From Mobula hypostoma (lineage: Eukaryota): DNA of 64,000 nucleotides. This document shows, piece by piece, positions 1 through 13,559 of the stretch. The translations under genes and the position numbers were made by a program. The notes under the pieces were generated by a model, which saw only the letters and a list, made by a program, of their open reading frames with translations, was not told the DNA's origin and searched no databases. How positions within the stretch are numbered: the stretch's first letter is position 1; every line of letters begins with the position of its first letter. Where the stretch lies: NCBI RefSeq assembly GCF_963921235.1, contig NC_086108.1:40674001-40738000 (forward strand), in the 5' to 3' direction.

Positions 1-449
1 GGAAAGCAAAACGTAGATTAGCTTAGTGCAGCCATCATCATTTGGAGATAAGCATCATTCAGATTTACACTCCTAGTTTATTTGGCAGAAATTGATGACT
101 TTCCATTCAATAACGTTATCCGTGCTAAAAGTGCACAGAGCAACCAACTCTGAAATGCGTTAGTTCCGCATTTAGTTTGCAGTGTTTCCTCATTTAGTAA
201 CTCACATTGAAACACCTGCACAGTGGTATGATTACTCCGGAATGTGCCAAAGCTGAATTCCACAATCCTACAGTATCCTGGACCCAATCAGGATAGGTCC
301 CGCTATGTACATGAGGGTGAATGGGCCAGAGGCCCTGAATCAACTGTTGCTGCTCGTCATGGAATTACCAACATCACAATGCACACTGACTAGATGGATT
401 ATAACTGTAGGTCAGGTTCCCTGACGAGCTGCACCGGCAAGTTGATTAC

Positions 450-676
450 GGATGCAAGAGATTCTTCAGATGCCGGAAATCTTGAGTGACACACATAAAA
501 TTGCTGGAAATCTTGAGTAAAACACATAGAAGAACTTACCAAGCCAGGCAGCATCTATGGAGTTGGGGGTATAAGCAGTTGACGTTTCAGGGGTCTCAGC
601 CTGATGCATCAATTGTTTACTCCCTCCATAGATGCTGCCTGACTTGCTGAGTTCCTTCAGAATTGTATGTGTGTAT
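450..676. mobile_element. Palindromic non-autonomous Penelope-like (PLE) terminal-repeat element with TSD
   Basis: Perfect 17-bp inverted arms aggcagcatctatggag (546-562) / ctccatagatgctgcct (624-640), matching the PLE terminus at 53.4 kb. Flanking direct repeat aagttgattac at 439-449 and 680-690. Confidence 0.8.
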
Positions 677-1229
677 GGAAAGTTGATTACCTACAAGATA
701 GAGGAAGCAGGAAGCCAATGAGATTTTAACCACCTGGTCTCATTTGAAAACAATGTCCTTCTCATCTACAGAGTCTTAGCCATAACAAGTTCCAGCTAAG
801 TGGTCAGGCTTGTGAAAAGAATAGGTTAACGGCTCAGGCCAAAAGTGACCACACAGTCCCAGTTCAGCTAGTCAGTAAGGTCTGGCCTCACAAGAACAAC
901 GACTCTCTTTTATTCAGGTCAGCTCCAATGCAGCAAGTGAAAACACTATGCTGGCTTTACTGACCCAGATGCAGTCACAATGACACCAAGTACCCTCAGA
1001 CATGAAGACACTCCAGCTTGCATGGTCCAATCTTGCCAAGAGCTTCACCTGTCTGCCCAAAACTACAGGTAACAGTTGCCAGCAATCAGCACTTGAGTGA
1101 GCTGCAAAGGTGCTCATTCATAATAGCCGTTCTACCATCTTGTGCAGGAGTAAAACTGACTATGTTTCATAAGTGCAGACAGAGAACAAAGGCCATAATA
1201 ATTCATCCAACTGTGTTTGAAGTTACAAT

Positions 1230-1570
1230 GCTGCTTGTGGTGCAAGCAAGATGTGTCTATCATGATAAATTACTGAGGTGAGCCAGCAGTGACTCATTTT
1301 TGTAAAGGCTCAGAGAGCAGAAGGAACAACAGATGTGCTCTCTGAAGACTCCTCAACTTGTGTCTGTTCCCAGAGACCTCCACACACCTCTGGAAGTGTG
1401 ACAGTGCTCAGGTGATGGGGTTGACAGCCGAGCCAAATGACGTGACCTCAGGGGTGTGCTTGCTCTGCACAGGAACCCCTCCTGAGACTCTTCAAGCAAA
1501 ATACAGACACTGTGTCTGCAGGAAAAATTTAAAAAACAGCAACTAGGGGATCAGCTGCAGCCAACAGCAT
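1230..1570 (+). mobile_element. Highly decayed Tx1/L1-clade LINE ORF2 3' remnant
   Basis: Frameshifted traces resembling the C-terminal motifs E-T-V-T-H, GLFP and KIQ.YVLR...LG.AAA. Recognised by eye only. Confidence 0.35.
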
Positions 1571-3147
1571 CAAACATCAATTGTACAATCCAGGGTCATT
1601 TACTAGGTGTGGGATTGGAGCTAATGGAAAATGGAGACACACAGAAGTTTCATATGTCTGTAGGCTGTTGCTTTTGATACTCTTAGACCCCACCCCTCCC
1701 CACACAACCCTTCATTGATCCATTTTTAGCTAATGACATTAAACTTTGATGGCTTTAGTTTCCAAGTCCATCTTCTCCCACTTCCTGGACTGTATTAAGG
1801 TAGTTACAGGTTTCAGACAACACAAATCCAGCCACAGAGACATAAACAGATTAAAATCATAGATCTACATCTGGAATGAAATGAAATATATCTACACGGT
1901 GAGACGTCCATTTACAATTCTCTCCAACATCGAAGATGGTTGAGAAGCAGAGGGTGCAATACATTGCAATCTCTGTCGATGGTGCACGCCATCCTGCATT
2001 CATTAGTTTTGATTTAGGAGGTACTTGCATGACCGGGCAACTTACAAAAACAACAGGTAGCACCAAAAATTGTTTTAAAATGGTCACTTGGTAATGAAAA
2101 TAATTCCAAAAATGATTTAAATGGAATGTCCTTAAAAAGGCTTTTTATAACTCAACTCCTGTAAAAAAAATTGTGCATGTCTGGATAACTCCGCCCTTAC
2201 TTCAAACACCTCTCAGGATAATTTTAGAGCTGCTGAAATATATAGCCCTTTGAAAGCAGTAGAAGCATTTACAGTCTAGACAAGAGGTCAATGGCAGTTA
2301 AAACCTCACAATTAGTCAGAGTTCCAGGAGATTCCATTTAAACCAGGTTGCAATCAGGACTAATCTTGCTGTGTTCTTTGCTCGATTATTACTATGACCT
2401 TGTTTCTTCTCTTAAAAGAAGTCTAAGATAATGCATCACTTCTTTTCCCTATTTGCTAATATGTAATTCAGTCAAGATATAGATTTTTGTCAGAACCAGC
2501 CAACAGAATCTCTTTCAATATCATGTGTTATTCTAAATGTGGATGGTGTACAGTGACTCAGTGAGCCAATTATACTGTCACCAATTGCGCAGAGTATTAT
2601 TAACACTTGAGTCGTTGCAAAAAGCGGTATGGCATCAAATTAAAACCTGCCTGTCTGCATGTATTGCTGCTGACAGCAAGGATTATGGCCCCTCTCATAC
2701 GAATGGTTTCAGAGACTGGACCATGCCTTTGACACCACGTTTCACGCTGCCTTTTGGGGAGAAACTGACCGCCTTTTGTGGTGAAAGGTAAAACCTATGA
2801 TGAGCAATAGAGAATTTAAGTGCAGAAATGATCAATTCCACTTCTGCAGTTAATGTTGCTTTTATAGCAACTGGGAAGATTAAGGGCTGATGTAATTGAA
2901 ACGCTCAGGACATGAGTACGGGAAGACTGTTTCAGGAGCTAATGATTTCGATACCGAGTGATTATAAAATGGGAATTTAAAGGCAGGATTGAAAGTTAGT
3001 ATAGGCACTATAAAAATACCTTTTTAATTAAAATGTAGAATGCATTACAAGTAGCACTTGATGCAAAAGGAGAAATGTGTGTTTATTTTATGTCTTCTGC
3101 ATTCCTCGGGAATTTTCAAAACACTTTATATGACAAACATTTAGCGA

Positions 3148-3376
3148 CTTACAGCACTTAACAGGCCCTTCCAGTCCAACAAGGCCACACTGCCCGATTA
3201 CACCTATGTGATCAATTTAACCTACTAGCCCGCATGTCTTTGGAACGCGAGAGGAAACTAGAGCACCCGGAGGAAACCCAAGTGGTCATGCAGAGAATGT
3301 GCAAACTCCTTGCAGGCAATGGCGGGAATTGAACATGATCCGCTGTAATGGTACTACGCTAACCACTGCACTATGG
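3148..3376 (-). mobile_element. tRNA-derived V-domain (HE1-like) SINE
   Basis: Antisense V-domain core (ggaaactagagcacccggaggaaacccaagtggtcatgcagagaatgtgcaaactcc), B-box-like gggaattgaac and a CR1-like tail. Appears inserted into an older Deu-SINE remnant. Confidence 0.8.
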
Positions 3377-3600
3377 TGAAGTATTTGTGTAGTTATTTTT
3401 GCAATGCTGCAAACGAACAGCCATTTAATACAGGACAAGTTGTCACAGGAAGAATGTAACAGTTATCATATGCTTTGTGTTTTCAGTGAGGTAGAGTGGG
3501 GGATAAATATTGATTGTACTGGAGAGACAGCCTCAACTTTGGTGCTTACTCCTCTGCAATGGAATCTGAGCTGGAACTTACCAACGCAGAAGTGAAAATG
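3377..3600 (-). mobile_element. Old Deu-domain SINE remnant
   Basis: Motif gggggataaatattg is shared with the copy at 23.5 kb. A 3' part seems to lie at ~3075-3140, on the other side of the V-SINE. Confidence 0.5.
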
Positions 3601-4030
3601 TCACCACATCCCCTCCTGATACTGACGACATATAAAGAGCATTTGAAGAATTTAATAAATTTGCAAAACATTCGGAATTTAGAGGAAAAAGACAGAAAAT
3701 GGGTTTAACGTGGTGAGCTCCATGTGGACTGGATTAAGCGATGTTCTGTGCACTGCAAGATCAGAGCTCCTCCTAGAAAAATAACAGATGAAACTGTACC
3801 AAGTAGTACAGGCAGATAAATACACTTGCAGATTTGTATTACATTTCTTAGTCTACTGTTAAAAGTGTGTATTTCTGAAACAACACGGATCTCTGGGTTT
3901 ATTTTTAGATTGTAATATTTTGAAACTGTTCAGGTAGATGATCTGGATAAATGTCATTGACACTCCAGATAAGTGTACATCAAATAGCATTTAGTGAAGC
4001 TCTTCAACAAAATTGTTTCAGGTAATTAGA

Positions 4031-4630
4031 TTTCAATCCCCATTCCTATTCTGACATGTAGTTCATGGCCTGCTCTATTGCCACAACGAGGCCACTCTCA
4101 GGGTGGGGGAGCAATACCTCATTCTGTCTGGGTAGCCTCAAATCTGATAGCATGAATATTAATTTCTCTAACTTCTGGCAATTTCTGCCCCACTCCCTTT
4201 TTCCCTTCCCCATTCTGGCTCCTCTTTTACCTCTTCTCTTCTCATCTGCCCATCACCTCTCCCTGGTGCCCCTCCTCCTCCCCCCCCCCTTTTGCCATGG
4301 TTCATTCTCCTCTCCTATCAAATTCCCTCTTCTTCAGTCCTTTACCTGTTCCATCTTTCACCACCCAGCTTCTCAATTCATCCCCTCTCTCCCACCCATC
4401 TACCTTCTCTCACCTGGCTTCACCTATGACCTTCGACCTTGTACTCCTCCCCCTCCCCCACCTTCCTATTCTGGCTTCGTCATTCTTCCTTTCCAGTCCT
4501 GATGAAGGGTCTCTGCCCAAAACATCAGCTCTTTATTCCTTTCCATAGATGCTGCCTGACCTGCTGAGTTCCTCCAGCAATTTGTTTCTGTTGCTCTGGA
4601 TTTCCTGCATTTCAGAAACTCCTGTATTTC
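4031..4630 (+). mobile_element. 5'-truncated Penelope-like retroelement (degenerate GIY-YIG end plus terminal repeat)
   Basis: Colinear with 52841-53440: decayed ...LGSLKSDSMNINFSNF, a pyrimidine-rich tract, a degenerate hammerhead (cagtcctgatgaagggtctctgcccaaaac) and gatgctgcctgacctgctgagttcctccagca. Confidence 0.9.
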
Positions 4631-7289
4631 AGAATTAGATGCTGGGATGGATGAATGATGGGAATTCACCTACACTGCCTGCATTTGAATGCACCCAGAT
4701 GGAAAAATTTAAATGATTCCTCTTTCGCCCTTCTATGGCCTAGATAGAATTTCGCTTGGACTGCCTCAAGCATTTCTGGTAGTCAGAATGGTGTCTCTAA
4801 TTTTGCACCAGGATGAGTTGTCATTCAGATCAACTGGGAATAGGGCGCAAAATGAAATGCTTGTTCAGCAGCCTGCACGTCTGTGGTCAAACCTGACAGA
4901 CCCTCAGAACATGATCGAGGAAAGCCTATAAAATGGATTAGTGAGAAAAAAAAATGTGACTTTTTTTTCCCCAATGTGTAGATCAGGCATGTGGACATTT
5001 TGGTGTGTGCACCATTTCTGGTCTGTTCTGCCCAGGAGGAAATTTGCTGGGGGACATGTAGCTATAATTCACCTCAACACTGATGCCATTTCCCCATTTT
5101 AATTGGTGATAAGGTCATGTTTCCGACTCACCAATGGAGACCAGATCAGAAAATCAACACCTTCGCTGTTCACTCACAGAGAAAAAAAAAGAGTAAACCA
5201 TGCAGGAAGTTAAGAATCATGCATGAATTTGAAAGCTCCCCAGAGATCTTCTATTACCTTCATTGCCTACCCAGCATTGATTTCAATGTGCTGCCCTTTC
5301 AGACCGGTAGCAAGAGTGCATATCAGAGCAATGTGTGCAATGCATGCTGAAATCTCTGGCCCTGGCTACCACTGACCTGATTGCAACTCAGGACCCGCAA
5401 CGCACCATAAAAATCCATCCCTATGACCTAATTTCACCCCCTCCCCGACCCACCCAGCTTCCCTCATCTTCATGCAGTGCAATTGCCATGGAGGGAGCTC
5501 TTCAACTGTGCCAACCCTCTCTCACAGGTCGAGTTAGCTCAGGCAGCAAACGCCAACTCAAACTGCATCTGCATAAAGAGGCTTCTCAAGCTTATTAATG
5601 GGGTGAGGGTGGCCAATTTATTTTGGGATGCGGTATTGCTCAATATGTTGCAGCAAACACTCTGCCCATTTAGTGTGCCAAAATGGATACATTCTAGGTT
5701 ATTGTGCTTAATCCAGAACACGAATGCCTCGACATCGGTGACCGGTGTATGAACTCAAGACCCCAACCATCAGCAAATAAGTTTCTTCTAGCTGTTGCGT
5801 GATTTGGTTTCACATTCAGCAGCTGAGACAAGGTTATGGTATACAATGTTATAAGATCATACATCAATTGCTTTAACAGACAGATGTTTGAAAGAAAAAT
5901 GCATGCCAAGTATTAGAGGATAAAACCATTTAAAAGGCAATTAAAATAATTCAGGGCAATAATCATTCTTCACGTTGACTACTTCTGCTAATTGATTGGT
6001 AGCTACATCATAACATTCCCTTCTGAAGCTTGAATGATATAATGATATTGAAGAATTTTGAATAATGTTGAAGAGTTTTTAATGGTGTAGCAAAAGCAAA
6101 CTGCAAACATTTGCATTTCATTGTGAGAAACCACAACTCACCTATTAAGTACATATATTTTTTCCCCACAGATGAACTAAGAGATTCGCAATTCATGAGT
6201 GAGAGCATTTTAGAATTCACATTGTCCTAATCTTTTTCCTCTTCTTGAGCCTCTCCTCTGTACAGAGATTAATGAGAATGACTGAATGATTTCAGTTGTG
6301 ACTCATGGGACTTCATGAAGTATTTAATGGGAATCAAGCAGCAGACTAAAGTCTGAAGCAGAAGCCTGAAATTTTATTGTTATCTGTTTGGAAACTGGGA
6401 AGGCCCCAGTGTAGCAGTTGAGAGATTTGGCATCACCATTCATACATGCACACAGTTGGATTACTTCCACAAACAAAAACCGAGCACTACTTGCATGAAT
6501 CAAATGCCTGACTACTGTGCTACTGGCACTCTGCAAAGAAATCATCTCACTTTACTGAGCGAATTACTGGCTGGGCTAAACCTCGAGCGATCCAAAAACG
6601 CAGCATTACCTCCTGGCCACTGGAGGAGCACTGCTGCTGCAGTCAATCCTTCGCAGAGTCAAACCTTTTGTTCCTCGAGTTCTCCCATGGGATAAAGCAG
6701 TGATTACGTTACCGCTCCTCGGCATCACCACTGCCTTCGCTTTTATTCAGTAGCAGTCCCTTTTGTCTTGTCTAACCAATCCCCCTGAATATATGAGGAC
6801 CATCGTGCAGAAGCAGACCTCCAACCCAGTACATCTGCAAAGGCATTTTTGTGCCTCTTACTTTATCTCATTTATTTCCAAACCTTCACTTTCCTATCAA
6901 TGAACATTGACTCTATGCACAGCTTGAGACAAACCATTCCAGTCATTTTGTAAGTGCCTGTTCCCATGCAAAAAGCAAACACAAGTTTAATGTTTCCATC
7001 TCCCTATCTTAGCCATTGAACAATAGTGGAGGACATGTTTGCTTATCTGGAAGCTTAATTAAATTAGTTTTATCTCCCTGGTTTGTAATAAGCCTTTTGG
7101 CAATGTAAACTTCTTCAGTAATCGGCAACCAAACGACTAATGATCTTGCACATCTTATTTCCATTTGATGTAAAGCTTTCCTCCCTAAACTTAACGATGA
7201 ATTTCTATCAAGAAAAGCTGGCCAGAACGATGTTGGACTGAAGAGCAATGAGTTGTAGCTGTAATATGGTAATATAGCTGTAATTGTGA

Positions 7290-8100
7290 GGAGCGCCAAG
7301 ATGGCACCAAATGGCTGCAAAAACAGCTTAAATTCCTCTCTTTAATGTCTTTTTTCCCCCTGTTCAAGGAGGTTGAGGTCCTATCGAAGTCCCTGATCTG
7401 CAACTGTGTTCCCACCCCCCTCCACAGCGGATGAGTTCCTGCTCTCGGAGCTCACCTGCCGGCCGTTCTCTCACATTCTCCACAAGCAGCCTGGAATACG
7501 CCAGGGTACAGCCCTGCGGACGACCGACTTCAGGCTTGTGCTTCCGACAGGAGAAGGAACATCAGGATTTTGCAGCGGTGGATGCTGCGGACAGAGGTCT
7601 CTGTATTCGAGTGATCGCTCTCTCTTTCTCTTGGTGGGGAGAATTTGCTGCCAATTATCGAGTCGGAGAATCTTGGAATAAAAAGCCACATGGCAGAATG
7701 TAATATCGTAACAGTGATTGTTTGTTGGTCTCCCCTTTCACTATGAAATGGGTGATGTCTCTCTGTCTCTCGTTAATGGGAGAGAGCGCGCACCTGTGGC
7801 ATGTCGAACTGTTGCATAAACAATAGCTTTTGATGACCGCAGATCATGATTTCTCTTTGGGTGCTTTGCTATTGCTTGGTGGGCACTGATGCTTTCTGCT
7901 GAAATGGGTGGGGGGGGGGAGGGAAAGGTTGATGCTTTGCTCCCGCTTGTGTGGGGGGGGCAGGGAGGGGTGCTTTGGGGTTCTAACATTTTTCTGTTGT
8001 TCATTCCTTTGGTGTTCTCTTGTTTTTTGCAGAGGTCTGTGAAGAGTAAGAATTTCAGGTTGTATACAGAATACATTCTCTGATAATAAAATGGAACCAA
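7290..8100 (+). mobile_element. Non-autonomous retroposon with LINE-like 3' tail
   Basis: GC/CpG-richer than its flanks. Starts with caagatggc and ends tttcaggttgtatacagaatacattctctgataataaaatggaacc, resembling Rex1-type tails. No coding capacity. Confidence 0.5.
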
Positions 8101-9954
8101 AAAATATTTTGTCAGGTGCCAGCGTTAGGAACAGTGTTGTGATGCCATTGCTGAAATCACTAGCAATTTAATGAAGTTTATAAGGGCTGCAAGAACAAAG
8201 ATGATAGAGATGGTCTAACAGATGACGAGTAGTTCTGTTCCCTGGGGCACAATTGCAAATAAGAGGTGACTTGGTAGAATTGCCTGTGACACCCAATGTT
8301 GTGGAATAAATTAATCAATCACAGAAGGCCACAGAAACAATGGTGTATATGCATTCAAGATGCGATTAGATTCCTTTTGTCTATTTTCTTCAGGGAATTC
8401 ATCTGCACAAGTTCGTTCTCCCTCTCTCCCTCATAACATTGGCAGCAGAGTGTTTTGCAGACTATGTGCCATTCATAGGAAGTTCCAAAACTTCTGTACT
8501 GGAGTTCCAAAGAAAACTGTTCGCTTGTGCCATGAAAAAATCACTACTTCATTCCAGTTTTCATCGAAGCACATCATTTTCAATGTGAGCACAACATAAA
8601 TGGACCTTAGCTTTCTCGGAGCAGAGGTACAGAGCCATCACTAAGCCAAGGAATGAAAGTTAGATGCTTTTCTATTATCTGAAACTGAATATGCATCCTT
8701 ATTTCTGTAAACCCTTGGTGTCCCTTACTCAATATTGATCACATGGAAATGAGCAGAGATGGTGGATTTGTAGAGTTTAGAATCAGAGGATTCAGTGTTC
8801 CCCTGAATTCCCAGTGCTGGTGTAGGTTCAAGTGCGTTTTAATCTTATATACTGGAAATCTGGTGGGGGTGGAATCATAATTAGAGTTAAGATGGATGGA
8901 AGACCAGTAAATGTGCATCAAGTGCTCAGAGCAGAGACATCAGGACCACCATAAAACCAAAAAAAGTAAATTATACAAGCTGTTCTGTCACTGAAAACCA
9001 ACACATCTTTACTTTGATTCAGCAGAGTCCTACCTGCTTGAAAAGGCCTTTGAATTTCTTTTACATCTCAAGAAAAATAATGTCCCATTTCACAGCTGTC
9101 TACCAAAGATGCCCCCTTTAAACATTGTGCTAGGAAAATGAATTTCATTGAAATTGAGTACACAGTGATGTACTGCAAACTTTCATTCCTCTGCAAATGT
9201 TGCTGTTTCATCAAGTCAATGATCAAGTTAATCAGGGGAAAAAAATGATAAAGCCCTTCTTTGTCCCAATGTCACATAGTATATTTGTCTGGCAAGTGAT
9301 TGGAAATGGTTTTGATCTTCTCCCTGGGTTGTTCATAGCATACACAAAGACCCACACAAAATGTACTGAGCCTTTCTGGTTCCTAATCCTTCTCCACTCT
9401 AAGGCTAATAGATGTGGGAAGGTTCCTCCAGCCAGAACCCTGGCTTCTTGCTCACTAACCACTTTTGTCACCTTACCCGTTTAGGTCCCAACTCCTAGAA
9501 TTCCCTCCCTCAATTGTGAGCTCTTACAGACTCCTTTTCCTTCAAGGCTTTCCGCAAAACTGATCTCTATTCAGGATTTTGGTCACCTGCCCTAAATTTC
9601 CTTGGTGCCAAACAATATGTATCAATGCACAAAACAGTTAATTTTGGTTGTTTACACTCTGATACAGGATGGTACACAAACGCAGACTGTCAGGTTAGAC
9701 ATGAACACACTGAGAACTAGTTAACCCAATGATTTGTTCCCAACCTTTTGTTAGGCATACTGACAAACAAGCTTGATCATAGTTACAGTACAGCACAAAT
9801 ATTCCTCACAATGCATACTAGGAATCAATCAACCATTTCAAGGGTCCTATATAGATTACGTTACATTAGGTTTGAAAAGTCTCAAATTTCAGCATCAGAG
9901 TGCAGAAACATCCTGATAACAGACACCAATGGCTCCTTCCCAGATTATGGACAG

Positions 9955-10300
9955 GACATAGAACATCGAACACCGAACACAGTACATTCCCATGTGCGGG
10001 CCATTCAGCCCAAAATGTCTGTGCCAAAGAAAGATGAATTAGACCAAATCTCTTCTACCAGTACATAATCCATAACCCTCTGTTCCCTGTATATTCAGGT
10101 ATTTATGTAACAGTCTCTAAAACACCACCATCATATCTGCTATCACCACCACCCCTGGCAGTTCATTCCAAGTACCTACCACTCTCCGTATAAAATAACT
10201 TACCCTGCACATCTTCAAAACTTTTTCTCTCTAACCTTAAACGCTCCTTCTCAAGTATTTGACGTTTCTACACTGGCAAAAGGACCCTATCCAGTTGAGA
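9955..10300 (-). mobile_element. CR1 LINE 3' fragment
   Basis: Tail repeat catagaacatcgaac and the antisense CR1 end motif accacccctggcagttcattccaagtacctaccactctc. Confidence 0.7.
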
Positions 10301-13300
10301 CATGCCAGCTGGCTTACATTCACCTCTTTTATGTGTTTGCAATGTTCCTTGATGATTAACAGAATGCAGGCTGAAAGCAGAGAAGGATGAATGAGAGGAC
10401 AAACGGGGAAAAAAACTGGCTGCCGACAGTACAGTAAAAATGTTAACACCCAATTAAATGTCCAAAATCAGATTTTATGTTCATTTACCCGAATAATAAA
10501 ATTGAAAGCATGGCAAAAATAGGTTGATATCTTTAATGATTGAGAATTTAAAAGATGCAATTAATTTGCTTTCCAAAGTTTATTTCCTCCAGTTCTTCAA
10601 CCAAAGATGAATTCAATTCAATTCATCTCGCTCTGGGATTTCTTCAGCTTCCTGCTAAAGTTACAGCAGGAGACTGAGAATCGAGAGACCCTGGTTCCCC
10701 ACTGTGGAAATCCTAAGGACTTAAATCTAGTCTGGTTCATGGAGATTAGTAAGAAATGGAGCTTTAAGCTCCCTCTCCACAGCCAATAGCATTGCCACAC
10801 CATAGTGATTCCAAGTCTGAAGCTCGCAGATGTGATCAAGTTAGAGCAAGCTTATTTCCTTCTGGGGAAAAAGGTCTCACCACATCTGTGGCTCACAGCA
10901 GAAACAGACTCCAGTTGTACCCAAGGCTATGCTCTGTTTTCATCCAGGAACTGATAGTCAGCCAGCAGGGGAGTCCCATGTGTCACTTCCCTACTTGAAT
11001 ATGGCAAAGCATGTTAATTGTTCCATGTTAATTATAGCAGATGTAGCAACAGACTTGAGTAATGATATGGAATCATTTTGTCACATGCTACACAGACTCG
11101 CCATTCACTTCCATCGGATAAATGGAGGATTGAGCAATGTGTGTCAACCGACAAAGTAATACTACCAATGCATCCGCGGCCAAATCTAATTTCACCCAGA
11201 ATGTTGCGAAAATGTAAATTAATGCTATTCTAAGTCCATTTCAGAACAAAGCTATTATTTGGCTCAGAAGGGATGAAGATGGAATGGTTAGCTGGTATTT
11301 AAATAAACAGCCATTCAAATATTTTCCGGGAAATCAGTAAAGGTGCAATATTTTTGTGTAGTAATTCCAAAACAAGTTGGCAATCCCCTATACTCCATTA
11401 ACTGTTCACACTACTACCTGTTCTGTTCTATTGACTTCAAAAGGAAGAGAATCAAACAGGGTTTAAAAAGGGCCACCAATGGATTTTTGCCAATTTTGCC
11501 CAAAATCAATTCATCCATCTCCCAGAGCATATTACTAAGGAAATTACAGACCTTCTCTTATTTAGTCCTCTCATTTACAAAGTGTGACTGCCACCTTGTA
11601 AGCAATACAACCATATTTCATTACACAACAGAACAAGTTAGATATAGGAATGGAAACAAACATCCTGAGCAAGCTATTGTATGCTCTTATGGATTTTTCC
11701 TATAAATCCACTGCCACTATTGCTGGACTTTTGGTACTCTTAGAAAGAGGCTTAATTCATGATTCAAGGAGGCAGTTTTTGTTTCGGGTAACATCTTTAA
11801 TTTCTAATAAAAAATCTTTCTTGAATTCCTGACATGTTGTATGATCTTTCTTAGTTGGAAAAAATACGATCGACCAGCTATAAATCTGATTTTTTTTTGT
11901 CTGGAAAAGGTTAAGACTATAACCTTGGCCTTTGGCAAGATAATGCCATAAGTGAAATGTTTGAAGTTCAGGACCATTTAGGGTAAAGTGATTTTGCTAG
12001 TTGTGATTGTTGAAAGAGTGTTAAATCAGTGATAATCACAGTAACTATCAGAAAACATACCATGTGCACAGGGCTTCCAGAAAAATGTCTCAAATTGAGT
12101 TAATGCCTCGATTATCGCAGACCCTGGCCACATTCCAAATGAATGAAGTACGGCTGACACAAGGAGACTTCTAACGCCTGGGAATGGATCGACCCAGAAA
12201 CAGCCATTATAAAAAGAGCATTCAGACTAAAACAACGTGCTGTGACAAAGGTGATTTGTGATCAAAAGGTCATTATGATAACTGGTTCCAATTGTGTGAG
12301 AAAACTTCAAATAACCTGATTACAATCCATTGTAATGGAACTTGCTTCTGGCAACTTCATGAAAACAACATTTTGAGTTTTCCTTTATTATGACCCTCAT
12401 TGTCTACATTAACCATCACATCACAAAAGTAATACAACAGATACAAAACCTACTTTAATGTTAAAGCAAAAAAAAACTGCAATTAATATTTGGTTTTCGA
12501 GTATCATTGGCTTATTCTGCACTTGTTGCCAATGTAACATCACCACCTTGAACAGTAAGGCTGGCTTTAAATGATACTAATTATAGTTTCCATGACCAAA
12601 TGCGACACTCAACATTGAAACAATTGTATTATGACATGTTCTTTGCCAAGGACGAATTACAAACTTTGATCAAGTTGAAATTTGCTTCCAATTTTTTTTC
12701 TCTTTAGAACGTAATATCTGTGGTAAATTTTTAAATAGCTTCTGGTTTAAAAAGTTCCATACACTGTTTAATGTATTATTCAATAATGAAGTGACCATGT
12801 ATGAGACCATAAAATAATGTGTAATGCCTAGAGTTTACAGAGCAAATAGTTTGTTCTTAAACAGTGAATTTGAGTGAGGAGCAACATGGTGGCATAAAAC
12901 GTAAAACATTGCAAATTGACTAGGAAGCTCTGAAGCCTCATCGATCTTCTATAGACTTTTGCCCAGTGACACATTAACCATAGTGGCTAGTGGACTCTTG
13001 CACCTTTGACAAAATTCTACAATATTTTACTGATAACTGATGTCAATTAAGAAACAAAAGCATATTCATAACATAACCCTGTGAAAAGAGTGAAAGGGAG
13101 TGGCAAAATGGCTGACATATTATTGTAAACCAAGCACTTTGGCTGATTAACTTAACCAAAACAGTTTTTGCTTGTAAGATGGTAGTTGTCATTGAAGCAG
13201 TTCTGGGTACCATATTTTATGGAGGATGTTGAGGCTAACCAGAGCACACTACTCACGTCAGATTGAAAAGTCCTTAAAGTTATTTACAAGATGGGGGGGA

Positions 13301-13559
13301 ATTATCACTGGCAAGGCTAGCATTTACTCCCCATCATTATTGGCTCCAAGCCATTTCAGAAGAGTCAACTGCAACAAATTAGCGCCATTGTCAATGTCAC
13401 AATAATACAGTTCAATATTCCATGATCCCAGGCACCGCCAATACTCATCCCATTGAGGATCTGAAAGTATAAAGGGGCATCCGATTGATCTAGACTCACT
13501 GGGTATTCTGGGGGCTGTGGGCATTGATGGATCTGTGAGCATATTGCTCTGTATGCCAC

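Noticed and set aside
11950..11985. miR-203-like start (gtgaaatgttt)
   Set aside because: The match ends after 11 nt and there is no supporting hairpin. I recognised no miRNA in the window.
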